This document shows positions 28,323 through 60,276 of a stretch of DNA of 64,000 nucleotides, piece after piece. Position numbers and translations under genes: made by a program. The DNA is from the human T2T-CHM13v2.0 reference genome, Homo sapiens. The stretch lies in the NCBI RefSeq assembly GCF_009914755.1, contig NC_060937.1; one strand, given 5' to 3'. Positions within the stretch are counted from its first letter, which is position 1; each line of letters begins with the position of its first letter. The notes below the pieces were generated by a model. The model worked only from the letters and a program-made list of their open reading frames with translations. It did no database searches and was not told the DNA's origin.

Positions 28323-28460
28323 AAGTAAGGGTATGCAGATCTCACTAATCCTGGCTGAGTCAGTTGGCATGTAGGTAATAGCCCTCTTCCCTGAAAAAAG
28401 CTTTGTCTTTTCTGATACCTCTTTTGGCATTCTCTCTCTTGCTTTTTCTGTAAAAAATAA

Positions 28461-31236
<2,776 letters not shown>

Positions 31237-31289
31237 TTATGACAAGCATTCAGCTTAGTGTAATTTGGGCTAATAATAAATGGAGATTA

Positions 31290-32540
<1,251 letters not shown>

Positions 32541-32841
32541 ATGGCTTCTATAAGAACTTGGGAAACACAAATCTATTGATAAATCAGTAGGCTATTTTCT
32601 TTTTCTTAGGAGAAAGAAAGAATAGGTAAGTAACATTTGGGTTCTACATATGTGCCAGTCATGCCATATATATATTTGCATACACTATCCCATCACATTT
32701 AATAACTATTTCATGAGATAGATACTGTTTTCATTTGACAGGTTAAAACTAGCCCTTAAAAAAAAGGCTAGTTTTAATAAGCAAACAATTACAAATCCTC
32801 TCTCTATCCCCTGCTATATGACCTTAAGAAATTGAAGTCAG

Positions 32842-36198
<3,357 letters not shown>

Positions 36199-36566
36199 TT
36201 AATAAAGGAGTTTGACATTATAAATTATGACATAGTATGATATATATATATACACATCTCATATATACACACACATATACATAAAATGTATAACAAACTC
36301 TATTCAGGGATATTTTGAGAGGTGATATTTGAAATATTTTTCGAAAGATGTATGAGGCATACATACCTGGTAGAAAAGGGCATTCTAGGTAGATGAGAAA
36401 AGACACAGATTTTGAGAGGAAGCTCTATTCATAGTTTTGTAGTCATCTGATGTGGTTAGAGAATAGGCCAATTATGGAGAGTGGTACCAGATAATAAGCT
36501 GTGGCCACGTTGTGAAGGCCCTTCTAGGATATGCTAGTAAGTGATATGATAAGATCTGTGTTTTAC

Positions 36567-40465
<3,899 letters not shown>

Positions 40466-40466
40466 G

Positions 40467-40782
40467 TTTTTTTTTTTTAATATTTATTTTTTATTTTTGA
40501 GACAGAGTCTCGCTCTATCACCCAGCTAGAGTGCAGTAGTGTGATCTTGGCTCACTGCAACCTCTGCCTCCTGGGTTCACGTGATTCTCCTGCCTCACTC
40601 AGCCTCCCAAGTAGCTGGGGTTACAGGTGTACGCCACCACGCCTGGCCAATTTTTGTATTTTTGGTAGAGATGGGATTTCACTATGTTGGCCAGGCTGGT
40701 CTCAAACTCCTGACCTTGGGTGTTCCACCTGCGTCCCCCTCCCAAAGTGTTGGGATTACAGGCATGAGCCACTGTGCCCGGC
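40467..40782 (-). mobile_element. AluS
   Basis: Antisense Alu directly after the L1 3' end. Confidence 0.88.
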
Positions 40783-41749
40783 TTTACTCTTTATTTTGAA
40801 AAGATAACTATAGTAGGCTTTTTTGACTTCTAAGGATGGAAATGGGGAAATCATTTGGAACAGTCTTTATGATAGTTAAAGGGAGTAACGCTAAGGACAT
40901 GGTTTAGGGCAGTGGAAATGAATTAGAGGGGGCACATTTTAGAGAGATTTGGTGAAGCAGCTACTTGGGATGCATAAGGGAGAGAAGGGAGGCAAGGATA
41001 ACTAAGTTTTTAGTTTTAAAGTACTTGTCACATGTCTTAGAGACTTTTAGTAATAGGCAGTTGGAAATGTGAGTTAGGAGATTAGGATTGAGTGAGATGA
41101 ATATAGTGATTTTTGAAATGTTTGAAATAAGGCTTTAAATCTCAACTCTGACACTCACTAAAATGAGAAATAACCATATATATCTTAAAGAACTGTTGGG
41201 ATTGTGCATATAAACCTGTCAATAAGTAACACTTGGTATTATTTTATCTAATTTATCAGAACTAGGGTTGAATGTTTCACAGTAAATGGATGAGAGTTTA
41301 AGAGGGAGAGATTGATCTATTTAGATTGCTGGAAAGTTAAGTACTTGAACTATATCGTTAGTTCTTTATGGAATTACCTCACTTTAGTTGTGGCATAATA
41401 TTCTTTTCTGTACTTCTATTGAGAATAAATATAAAAAGTGTTTCAAGAAATCTTTCAGTTGTCTTGAAGATGTCATGGTGTTCAATGTTCTTTATGGAAA
41501 AATCCTTGTAATAATTTCTTCGAATAGTTTAGTACTAGGAAAAATGGTTTTTGCTCAAACAAATTGGTATTTGTTATTTTACTAAGCAAGCAATTTTTAA
41601 ACTTCCATTTTCCCTTTTTTTATCTTGTCTGTTTCAAAATGTCTGAGCTTAATGTTTGACTGAAATATTTTTATTAACCTGTATTTTTAGTTTAATCTAT
41701 ATTTAATCTTTTATTATGTGGCTCTATTGTATGTTTTCGGGGGCGGGGA

Positions 41750-42162
41750 GCTTACACAACAGAAATTTATTGTCTCAGGTTTGGAGGCTGAAAGTCTAAG
41801 ATCAAGGTGTTGGCTGGATTGCCTTCTTCTGAGGGCTGTGGAGGATAATCTGTTCCATGTCTTTCCCCTTAGCTTTTGGTTTGCTGACAATCTTGGACAT
41901 TTCTTGGCTTGTAGAAACATCTTCCCAATCACTCCTGTCATCTTTACTTGATGTTTTCCCTTTGTGTGCATCTGTGTTCAAATTTCCCTTTTTTATAATG
42001 TCACCAGTCATACTGGATTAGGACTGCCCTAATGACCTCATCTTTAATTATATCTGCAGTGACTCTATATTCAAATGAGGTCACATTCCAAGGTACAGGG
42101 GATTAAGACTTCAGCATAGGAATGTGGTGGGGGTTGGGAGGGACAGTTGAACTTCTAACAGT
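41750..42162 (-). mobile_element. MaLR solo LTR (MLT1B/C-like)
   Basis: acaacagaaatttattgtctca...tggaggctgaaagtctaagatcaaggtg...aatgacctcat...gaggtcacattc. Confidence 0.75.
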
Positions 42163-42639
42163 TGTGTGGTTAAACAAATGAGATAATAACCTGAAATGCC
42201 TTATGGAGCTTCGGAGTTAGGTAGAGAATTGAGAATTTGAACTTGTTCTCTTCATGACTGTCTCCACAGAAGCTTTATCATAAGGGCAGGAAGCACAGTG
42301 TTTATAGTCATTAATTGCTGTTTTCTGACAGTTTGACTTTTTCCTTGGTTTGTGAACTTTCGAGGGAGTTCCAGCTCTTCAAACAGACAGTATGTCTTGT
42401 CCACCTGCTTTGGATTTGAGTCTTGTTTTACAGACAGCTTCTGTGGGTTTTATAACAGATGTGTAAAATATTCCAGCCTACCTTTTTATCATTTATTTTA
42501 AAATTAAAAAGAGAAAAACCTACATGGAAAGTTTTTCCTAACACACTCTATTACAAAGAGCATATTAGTGTTTCATCAGAAAAAGCAGGCTACTTTTTGC
42601 AAATAAATAAGTAGATTTGGCACCTAATATCAACTGGGC

Positions 42640-46140
<3,501 letters not shown>

Positions 46141-46182
46141 ATTCATATCTATAATGATTGTTCAATTTCTTATTATTCTATA

Positions 46183-48683
<2,501 letters not shown>

Positions 48684-48704
48684 CACAGAGATGTAATAGT
48701 TCTA

Positions 48705-48925
48705 CAGGTTGAGTATACCTTATTTGAAATACCTGGGGCAAGAAGTGTTTTGGATTTCAAATATTTTTGGATTTGGGAATTATTTGCATTATACCTACTC
48801 GCTGAGCATCCCTAACCTGAAAATCAAAAATTGAAAATCTTCCAGTGAGCATTTCCTTTGAGCATCATTGGCACTCAAAAAGTTTCAGATTCTGGAGCGT
48901 TTTTGGTTCCAGATTAGGGAAGTAA
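48705..48925. mobile_element. Tigger4a/MER46-like MITE
   Basis: TA|CAGGTTGAGTAT...agaagtgttttggatttc...gagcatttcctttgagcatcat...cactcaaaaagtttcagatt. Confidence 0.75.
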
Positions 48926-48979
48926 TAATAAACCTTTAATACAGATGGCAATAGAGCTTTTATGGAAAAGGGAATTGCA

Positions 48980-51638
<2,659 letters not shown>

Positions 51639-51782
51639 AAACATCTTCCTTTTAACCAACCACATGACCCAAAATTGTTAACATTTTGACATATTTAGTC
51701 ATTTTTTTCTGTGTATGTGTAAGCACACATCATTACCCTCAAATAAAAATGTGTTCCCCTTTCACTTCACATTGTAAATGGT

Positions 51783-52692
51783 TATTACACTAGAAAGGAA
51801 CAAAACTTGCTCCTGTTTTCTACTACACTCTCACACAACACTTTTGACACCAGAAGTGTGGAGTTTTTTTCCCACACCAGCCAATTCTCCAATTCTCTGG
51901 TTACCACATGGGTGTCCTACAATTCAATTATGACACTACTTGGAGTTAGTGCGGACTCCAGAGGTTAAGAGCTCAGTCACGCAAGACTGCTCTCCACTTC
52001 AGATACCAGTGACATGTAGCGGGTCCTCAGATTATCCACACTTCTATCCGACTTGGCTACAAATTGGGAGTTCCCACGACCCCTCCTCAGGTTTGATAAT
52101 TTGCCATGATGGCTCATGGAACTCAGGGAAACACTTGCTTGACTGGTTTATTACAAAGGATACAGATGAACAGTCAGATGAAAAGGTAGAACAAGGATCT
52201 TTTTTCTCTGTGGAGTTGGGGTGTGCCACCCTCCTGGCTCATAAATGTGTTCACCGGCCCACAAACTCCTTGAACCCCACAGTTAAGGGATTTTTATGGA
52301 CGCTTCATCTCGCAGGCAAGGGAAATTATTAACTCAGCCTGTAGCCCCTCTCTCCTCACTGGAAGATGGTTGGGTAGGGCTGAAAGTTCCAAACTGGTAA
52401 TCAGGGCTTGGTCTTTCTGGTGAACGGCTCCCATCTAGGTACCTAACAAAAGTCACCTCATTAGAACAAACGCTACTCCTATCACCCTGGAAATTCCGAG
52501 GGATTTAGGAGGTCTGTGTTAGGAACCGAGGTCAGAGACCAAATATTTGAACCAAAGATGCTCCCAGCACCAAATATTTGAACAAAAGATGCTCCTAGTG
52601 CCTATCACTTAGGAAACAAGTTTTTTTAGGAGCTCTGTGCCAGGAACTATAGATGAAGACAAAAGAAATATGTATTTCTTTCGCAGTGTCAC
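51783..52692 (-). mobile_element. MER21-like LTR
   Basis: cacaacacttttgacacca...gggtgtcctacaattcaatt...ctacaaattgggagttcccacgaccccctcctcaggttt...gggctgaaagttccaa. Confidence 0.7.
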
Positions 52693-52716
52693 AGACACAT
52701 ACAATTATTTAGTCTT

Positions 52717-53008
52717 GGCTGGGCACGGTGGCTCACGCCTGTAATCCCAACACTTTGGGAGGCCGAGGCGGGTGGATCACGAGGTCAGGAGATTGAGACC
52801 ATCCTGGCTAACAATGGTGAAACCCTGACTCTACTAAATATACAAAAAATTAGCCGGGCGTAGTGGTGGGCGCCTGTATTCCAAGCTATTCGGGAGGCTG
52901 AGGCAAGAGAATGGTGTGAACCCAGGGGGCGAAGCTTGCAGTGAGCCGAGATCACGCCACTGCATTCCAGCCTGGGTGACAGAGCGAGACTCTGTCTCAA
53001 AAAAAAAA
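52717..53008 (+). mobile_element. AluY with TSD
   Basis: gcttgcagtgagccgag diagnostic; TSD ATTATTT(T)AGTCTT. Confidence 0.88.
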
Positions 53009-53274
53009 TTATTTAGTCTTTATTATCATTTTCTATAACAGTTTATTATGGAAAATTTTAAACTTTGATAAAAGTAGAGAGGATAGTGTCATCCCTGTCA
53101 CCCAGCTTCAACAATGATTGATTTTTCCCAGTCTTATTTTGTCTGTCCTCCAATTTTAGTTCTGTTTTGCTGAAATATTTTAAACATATCCTGGACATTA
53201 GTTACCATGACTTTGAATTATTTCATAGTAGTTTTTCTATGGATTTACTTAATCATTCTTCTGTCGTTAGACAC

Positions 53275-53830
53275 GTTAACCTACAAGGAAGAAGCTGAGG
53301 CAAAATTAATATAAACAGAGTCAGCCAGGCATAGTGGCCCTGTAATCCCAACACTTATAGAGGCTGAGATGAGAGGATCACTTGAGGGCAGGAGTTCGAG
53401 ACCAGCCTGAGGATCATAACAAAATCGTCTCTACAAAAACAAAAGAAGAGAGTTTATTTGGGCCAGACTTGAGGGTTGCAACCCAGGAGCATAGATTCAA
53501 GTTGCCCTCAATATATCCTCTGATTAGCAGTAGTGGATTTTTAAAGGTAAAATGGGGGGACAGGGAGTGAAAGTGTGTCAGGAATTCTCATTGGCTTACA
53601 GAAATAACATTGATTCAGCTATACATTGTTAAGCTGTAGGGTGATGGTTACAGTGTCCAATGTGGCATTATTAGGTTAATTTATAGCTACTTACGGCAAT
53701 AGCAGGCAGTTTCAAGAGATGAGCACATAGCTCAAAGTGGGGAGTAGGCTGTGACTGCTGTCTCATTTTAATACCTCTCTGGGCCTGATATTAAAAGGGT
53801 TTGCATTCTTCAGATAATAAATAGTTCTTT
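53275..53830. mobile_element. ERV1-type LTR (subfamily uncertain) containing an Alu monomer (53323-53445)
   Basis: gagagtttatttgggcca...tgcaacccaggagcatagattcaagttgccct resembles MER4-group LTRs. Confidence 0.5.
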
Positions 53831-54814
53831 TTTTTCCCATTTCACATTGTTTCAAATTTCTTGTTAAAGATGAACTTTTTATATGTAAATATTTAGGTGT
53901 TTCTGATGATACTATTCAGCCATATCCTGAAGTTGTAATCACCAAAAGATATGAACCATTAAAATAAACTTTTTGTAATTATAAATGCAGTACATTTTCG
54001 TTATGGATGTTTTGGGAAATAAATTTTAAAAACTAAGAAGAAAATAAAAATTACCTCAGATTGTTTTCCAAAGAGACCCAACATCCCTTCTATCCACATT
54101 TTTGTAGTTTGCTTCTTACTGGGGTTGAAGGGGGTTTCTCAATGACTGCCTGGAGAAGAGCAAGCCTACTTGCGGCCCATCTTATTGTTAAACTAGCAGA
54201 TTAGAAAATAGCTGTATGCTAAGCACTTACTAGGAAGTAGCATCTAAGACACAGTGTCCCGTTGATTGCCCTAATAGTTCTACAGTCCTTCAGTATCATC
54301 CTACCCTAAACTCTAAAGAGAACTATCAGTATTCCTGAATGCCATCCTATTGCTACCTCTGCAGATTTTTTTCCCCCTGAATTTTGAGTTAGTGTGAGTC
54401 TGCTGGTTTGTTTCAAAAGATGTGTTTTGAGAAACAGTCTTGAGAAAATTGCTTCTGTTTACCATCCAGTGATTCACAGGAGAAATTGTTGTCCTTTTAC
54501 TGAGTTGAAGAAAGAAAACTTGATGAAGAAACTGGAAATGCAAGTGGTAGAAACTTAATCATATTGTGCCTGGGGGCTATTTGGTGACTCAGAAAATAAA
54601 TTATTTCTGTGGGAAATAATTAGTCAGCTTGAGCACTGTTTAACATATTTCTGGAGCCAACCCAATTTTATTTGATCTTACCTGTTATGAACTGGTAAAT
54701 AAAAATAAGTGTGACAGATTTGAGACTTTACAACTTATTTAGGAACACAGAAGTGAAATCAATGTTTCATCCTCTGAAATAATTTTAAATACTTGAATTT
54801 TCCTTCTCTTTCAG

Positions 54815-54936
54815 TTCCAGGAATGGATGGAGGTGCTTTAACTGATACAAGTCTCACAGATTCCTATTTTAGCACCAGCTTTATTGGAGTCAATGGATTT
54901 GGAAGCCCTGTAGAAACAAAATATCCCCTGATGCAG
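54815..54936 (+). CDS. PAN3: PAN3 coding exon 2 (IPGMDGGALTDTSLTDSYFSTSFIGVNGFGSPVETKYPLMQ)
   Basis: Acceptor ttttccttctctttcag|TT; continues the exon 1 frame (A+TT = Ile); donor CAG|GTATCC; 122 nt. Confidence 0.95.
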
Positions 54937-55785
54937 GTATCCTTAGTATAAATTCATATTGCACTATGAAGTTTATTCTAGGGCCAGAGGACATATAGAG
55001 TCTTCATTTATTCCTACATTTGTTGAGTGGGAGGTGAGATTTTAGGAGGCAGTGAGATGGGTGAGATGTAGGTAAACTATCTCCCATGGGGTTGGAGTTA
55101 ATGAGAGCTTTTGTAAGTGGGGGTTTGGTAGGGTTAGGGGCAAGAGTGACGGGAGTATGTAGAGGGTAGTTAGAGACTAATTTCACTTGTGTATTTTGTA
55201 TGTATGTTAGTTAAACTTGGTAGTGATTGCAATTTTAAAATTATGTTTTAAGCAGGTTATACATGTATTATAAAAGTTAAGTTACAAAAGGGCCTCCCTC
55301 TCGTCACTACTCATCACTTTTCCAGTTAACCTTCCTAGAGTTAGCTATCATTACTGGTTACAAGTTTCCTGTGTATCCTCTCAGGAATATTCTTTGCATA
55401 TAGAAGCATAGTGCTAGTTTTATTTTGTTTAATGCTTAAAATGTTGAATTTAAAGTCATAGTACTTGGAGCATTTTACATTAAAAATGTCTTTGAATTTT
55501 TTTTAACCCCACTTTGTTCTTTTTGGCTCTTTTTTTCCCCTTTATCATATGACTGCATGCAATGCTTAGGAGATTTGTGTTTAGATGAGTTTTTGTTGAT
55601 TTGTATTGCACAATTTTGTAGAATTGGAATAAAATTGGAAAGTATTCTAGTGTTTTTAATTGGAAAACTGCCATAATAGTAAAGGCAATGTATTGTCCTT
55701 TCTAGTTTCTGTGATGTACTACTGGATGGTTTTCTCCATTATTACAATAGGATATTTAAACACAAGAGAAATTCATCTTTACGTT

Positions 55786-56099
55786 TCTCTCCCTCTCTCT
55801 CTCTGGAGACAGGGTCTTGCTGTGTCACCCAGGCTGAAGTACAGTGGCGCAATCATGGCCCACTGCAGCTTCAACCTTCTAGGCACAAGCAATACTCCTC
55901 TCTTGCCTCAGCCTCCTGAGTAGGTAGGACTACAGGTGTGTGCCACCATGCCTGGCTAATAAAAATAATTTTAGCAGAGATGAGGTCTGTGTTGCCCAGG
56001 CTAGTCTCAAACTCCTGGTCTCAAGTGATCCTCCTGCCGTGGCCTCCCAAAGGAGGTATTACACGTTGGGATTACAGGCATGAGCCACCACTCCTGGCC
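55786..56099 (-). mobile_element. AluJ in PAN3 intron 2 with a CT-rich tail
   Basis: Antisense Alu consensus. Confidence 0.88.
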
Positions 56100-57035
56100 T
56101 AGTGTTTATACTTCAAGTTGGACTGATTTTAAGGGTTTGTATGAAACCAATGCTTTTTTGAATTATTTTAACTTATTTCGTGTAGATATGCACTCTAAGG
56201 GTTGTTTATAAAGAAACATGCACAGCCATATATAGAAATGGTTATGTTTTATGAACAATATAACTAGTTTAATGCATAGTTATACCTTATTTTAACTGCC
56301 TGTGAGCCACAATTTCAGGTACTTTTTAATATATATTTTTGTATTAAAATTACCTCAGGAGCTTAGCTTTTTTCTTCTCTTTTAAAATTATGCAGACATT
56401 AAATAAGAAGTTGAGTAAACAGATTCAGGACTCTAGAATTAAAGCCAGAGCTAGAAATTCTTAACTTATAATTTTTAAGGCATTGAGTTAGAAGTTACAT
56501 ATGAGACAAGGATTTGTGGGCATGGGATGAAGGGCCTTACAGGATGGAGAGACCATACAGGCTATGGAGTGAGTCTAGAAAGCATAGAACGTGTTTAGAG
56601 AACAGAAAATACCTAATTTTATAAGCTCTATAAGGTGTATGAATGGTAGTACAAATGGAGAAAGGGTATTAGAGCATTTACTCATTTTATTCATAGTCAA
56701 CGGGTACCCTCTTCAGTGGATATTGGAATTTATGTTTTACAGACAAGGAAACTTAGTTATGTGTTTTGCCCAGGCTAATAAGTTATGGAAGCACAATTCA
56801 AAATAGGTCTGTAGCTTTGGCTTTGAATACCTGGGTAGTGAGTAAAATTTTCATTTCATGTGGTGGTTTTTACATAGTTGTAATCCAAGCAGTAACACTT
56901 ACAGGAAGATTAGATTGTCAGTAATGTGAACAGTAGATTGGAGGGGAAGAAGCAAAGAGAGCCAGTCTTAATTGGTTGGATACTTTTATTTCTGTATTCC
57001 TCAGTGATGTTATAAATAAATATTTTGTTTTTCAG

Positions 57036-57102
57036 AGAATGACTAATAGTAGCAGCTCCCCAAGCCTTCTAAATGACAGTGCCAAGCCATATTCAGCCCA
57101 TG
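57036..57102 (+). CDS. PAN3: PAN3 coding exon 3 (RMTNSSSSPSLLNDSAKPYSAH)
   Basis: Acceptor ttttgtttttcag|AGA; donor ATG|GTAAGA; 67 nt; in frame after exon 2. Confidence 0.94.
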
Positions 57103-57267
57103 GTAAGACCTGATCCCTTTTGCTTATGTGTGTCTGTGTATATATTTCTTACTCTAAAAGTAATATACAACCATTGTAGAAATTTTGAAAATTGTAAACG
57201 GGCATAAAGAAGAAAATAAAAATTATTATCTTCCCACTCAGATCTAACTATTGAGATTTAGATTCCA

Positions 57268-57405
57268 GGCCAGGTGTGGTGGCTCATGCCTGTAATCCCA
57301 GCACTTTGGGAGGCTCAGGTGGGAGGAATGATTGAGCCCAGGAGTTTGAAACCAACTTGGGCAATATAACAAGACCATGTCTCTATTATTAAAAAAAAAA
57401 AGAAA
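57268..57405 (+). mobile_element. Alu monomer (FLAM-C-like) in intron 3
   Basis: Single left arm plus A tail. Confidence 0.85.
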
Positions 57406-58407
57406 AGTGTATAAGTTATATACAAAAATTTCAACATGCTATTTTATTAACATCTTGCTCTTTGCACTATTAGTTATTTAATATTAAATTCATGTTAATT
57501 TTAATGAAGGTAAGTCTGAAAAACCAGGAAGAAGAAGGCAGAGAAATGAAGCAGCAGTCTATATGTACTACATTGTGAAGAGATTTAAGGTTCCTTTACG
57601 TAAGGGCATTTAATATATTTTTTAGGATTTAGCAGAACATGTAATGAGATTAATAAATAAAAAATTAAAGCTCAGAAATGAAGATAAATATTTAAGTATA
57701 TCTCACACATGCCTTTTCAGAGACTCTTCTCATTTGTAAAGTGAGAAATAATTAAGATATATAATTTTATTTGTAACTTCTTTCTACAGAGTAGTGGAAT
57801 TTTGAACCTACAAAATCTTTGGATTTCATGTTTGAAATAAATTTTGAAAAACTTTATTATTTCTGTCTTAACTTAATATTTTACTTTATCTTTTTAGTAA
57901 TAATATCAAACATCTGGTGATAGACTTTAAAATATGGAATAGTTTGCAGAGTAAATGGTTTTAAAGCCTTGCTGATGTGTTGAAATCCAAGACAGGATCT
58001 CTCAGAGTCTATGGTTGACACTGCCCCCACCCCTCACCCTCCTTTTTATCCTTCCCAAGATATGGTCTCAAGATTATAAACCTTTATTTACTTTAGGTCA
58101 ACTTACTGCCTTCATAAACACACTCACAATAGTATGGTTAAGAGGTTTTTTTCTCTTATTTGATTTTTCTTTTGGTTCTAGTCAAATAGATCTATCCTGA
58201 TCCATATAGCTTTTGAATATTTGAGCAAATTGGTTCACCAGTTTGTGTTTTATTTGCTCAGAAAATATTTGAACATAACTGTGTGTTAGGTACTAAGTTT
58301 AATTATTGTGTCATTTGATTTTTATAGGCATTGTCAAATTAAACAGTTATTAGATTTGCGGGTTACCCAAGTTTTATGTGTGGAAACTTACGTAACTTAC
58401 CTTTCAG

Positions 58408-58478
58408 ATCCTCTAACATCACCTGCTTCATCCTTGTTTAATGACTTTGGTGCCCTCAACATCTCTCAGAGACGAAAG
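58408..58478 (+). CDS. PAN3: PAN3 coding exon 4 (DPLTSPASSLFNDFGALNISQRRK); gene continues beyond the window
   Basis: Acceptor cttacctttcag|AT; G+AT = Asp; donor AAG|GTAGGT; 71 nt; matches the end of ORF 58308..58499. Confidence 0.94.
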
Positions 58479-59976
58479 GTAGGTGAAATTGAAACTTGAA
58501 TTAAACTAAATGGAATTTAGAAGTGATGTTGGCATTGTTACCTATGTAGTGTCAATGTTTTTGTAAGTGGAGGGAGAGCTTTTTATGGGCTTTAGTGTTT
58601 TTCCTGCCTTTTGTTTATCCTTTTTCTTTATCTTTTTATATGTGGAAATTTATTTGATCTCTGCATGGAATAGAGATTTTGTGTGAAGGGATGAAATCCT
58701 GCTTATTTTTGTTCAGTTTATTTATCTCAATGTATTCTGTTCTTAAGATAACATCTAATTTAATGTTAAGTTGCTGTTAATGTGACCCATTGTAAGCATG
58801 TTAATCATGTTTAAACTTTATTTTTTGATGGCTTTATCTAAATTTCAAAAATTCTTCCCTAATTTACTCCTGATTACAAGGCAAACTTAAAATTTTCAAC
58901 ATTTCATAATGGGCCCAACAATTTAAAAAGTTGAAAATCTCTTCACATTAGAAATTTAATTTTATTTGGAATTTAGATTGATAGACCATGTATGGATTTT
59001 TGAAGTATTTTATAAGGACTGATGTTGTGACAAGTTGAATAATTTGATGCCTTTGAGTCTTAATGAGAATCTTGTTAATACTAATAATCATCTAGAGAAG
59101 ATAGTCTTTTTTGGTTAGGATCAGCAACAGCTAAAGATGTTAAAGAGGTTCTAAATCTTGGTGGAAGTTATTATAAAGTTATAACATTGTTTCCTAAGTA
59201 ATGGAAGAAAGACCCAAAATTTAATGAGAGTAATAAATGTAAAATTAACTAAAGCTCAGAAATGAAGATAAAATATTTCAACATATCTCATTAATATTAA
59301 TTTTAGAATAACTGATATGAACTTAAGATACTTTTAAGAAGGATCTGATCAGCAGATAGTATAAAATGAAATTCAAGAAGACTGTGGTGGTGTTGGCTTC
59401 ACGGTGTATAGTTATCCCCAAACTCGTTGAGTTGTATACATTAAATATGTATAGCGTTTTACATGTCAATCAGACCTCAATAAAGTGGTTTAAAAAATTC
59501 AGAAAGACTAGATTTTCTTAAGAGAAAAAAAAGTTATGAAGACTGATATAAATTATGTTAAAACCTCATGTACCTAATGTTATTTCCATTTTGAGACATG
59601 GATGAGAATAAGAAGGTAATTACAAAATGCTTTTTAGCAACTAGAATTGATAGACTAAAATCTGTGGGTTTAATGGATTTCCTTATAGGCTCTTATCATG
59701 GATAAATTTACCCTGCTTTACATACTTCTCTTATAAACTGGAATACTTGGTTTCTAAATCCGTATGTTAGCAGTGTAATAATAGAGTTGGACAGAAACAG
59801 ACCCAGGACAATAGACAAAGCCTAACAATGTGGAAGCAAGCAGTAAAATGCTGAAAAGCGAATACAACCTGGAAATCAAGTTATCTGGAGCTTTTTATGG
59901 GAAAACAGAAAGTCTTTAAATTTTCTTAGGTATTCCCTAATCACTTTTTCTCATTTATAAAATAATCAGTTAACTT

Positions 59977-60276
<300 letters not shown>

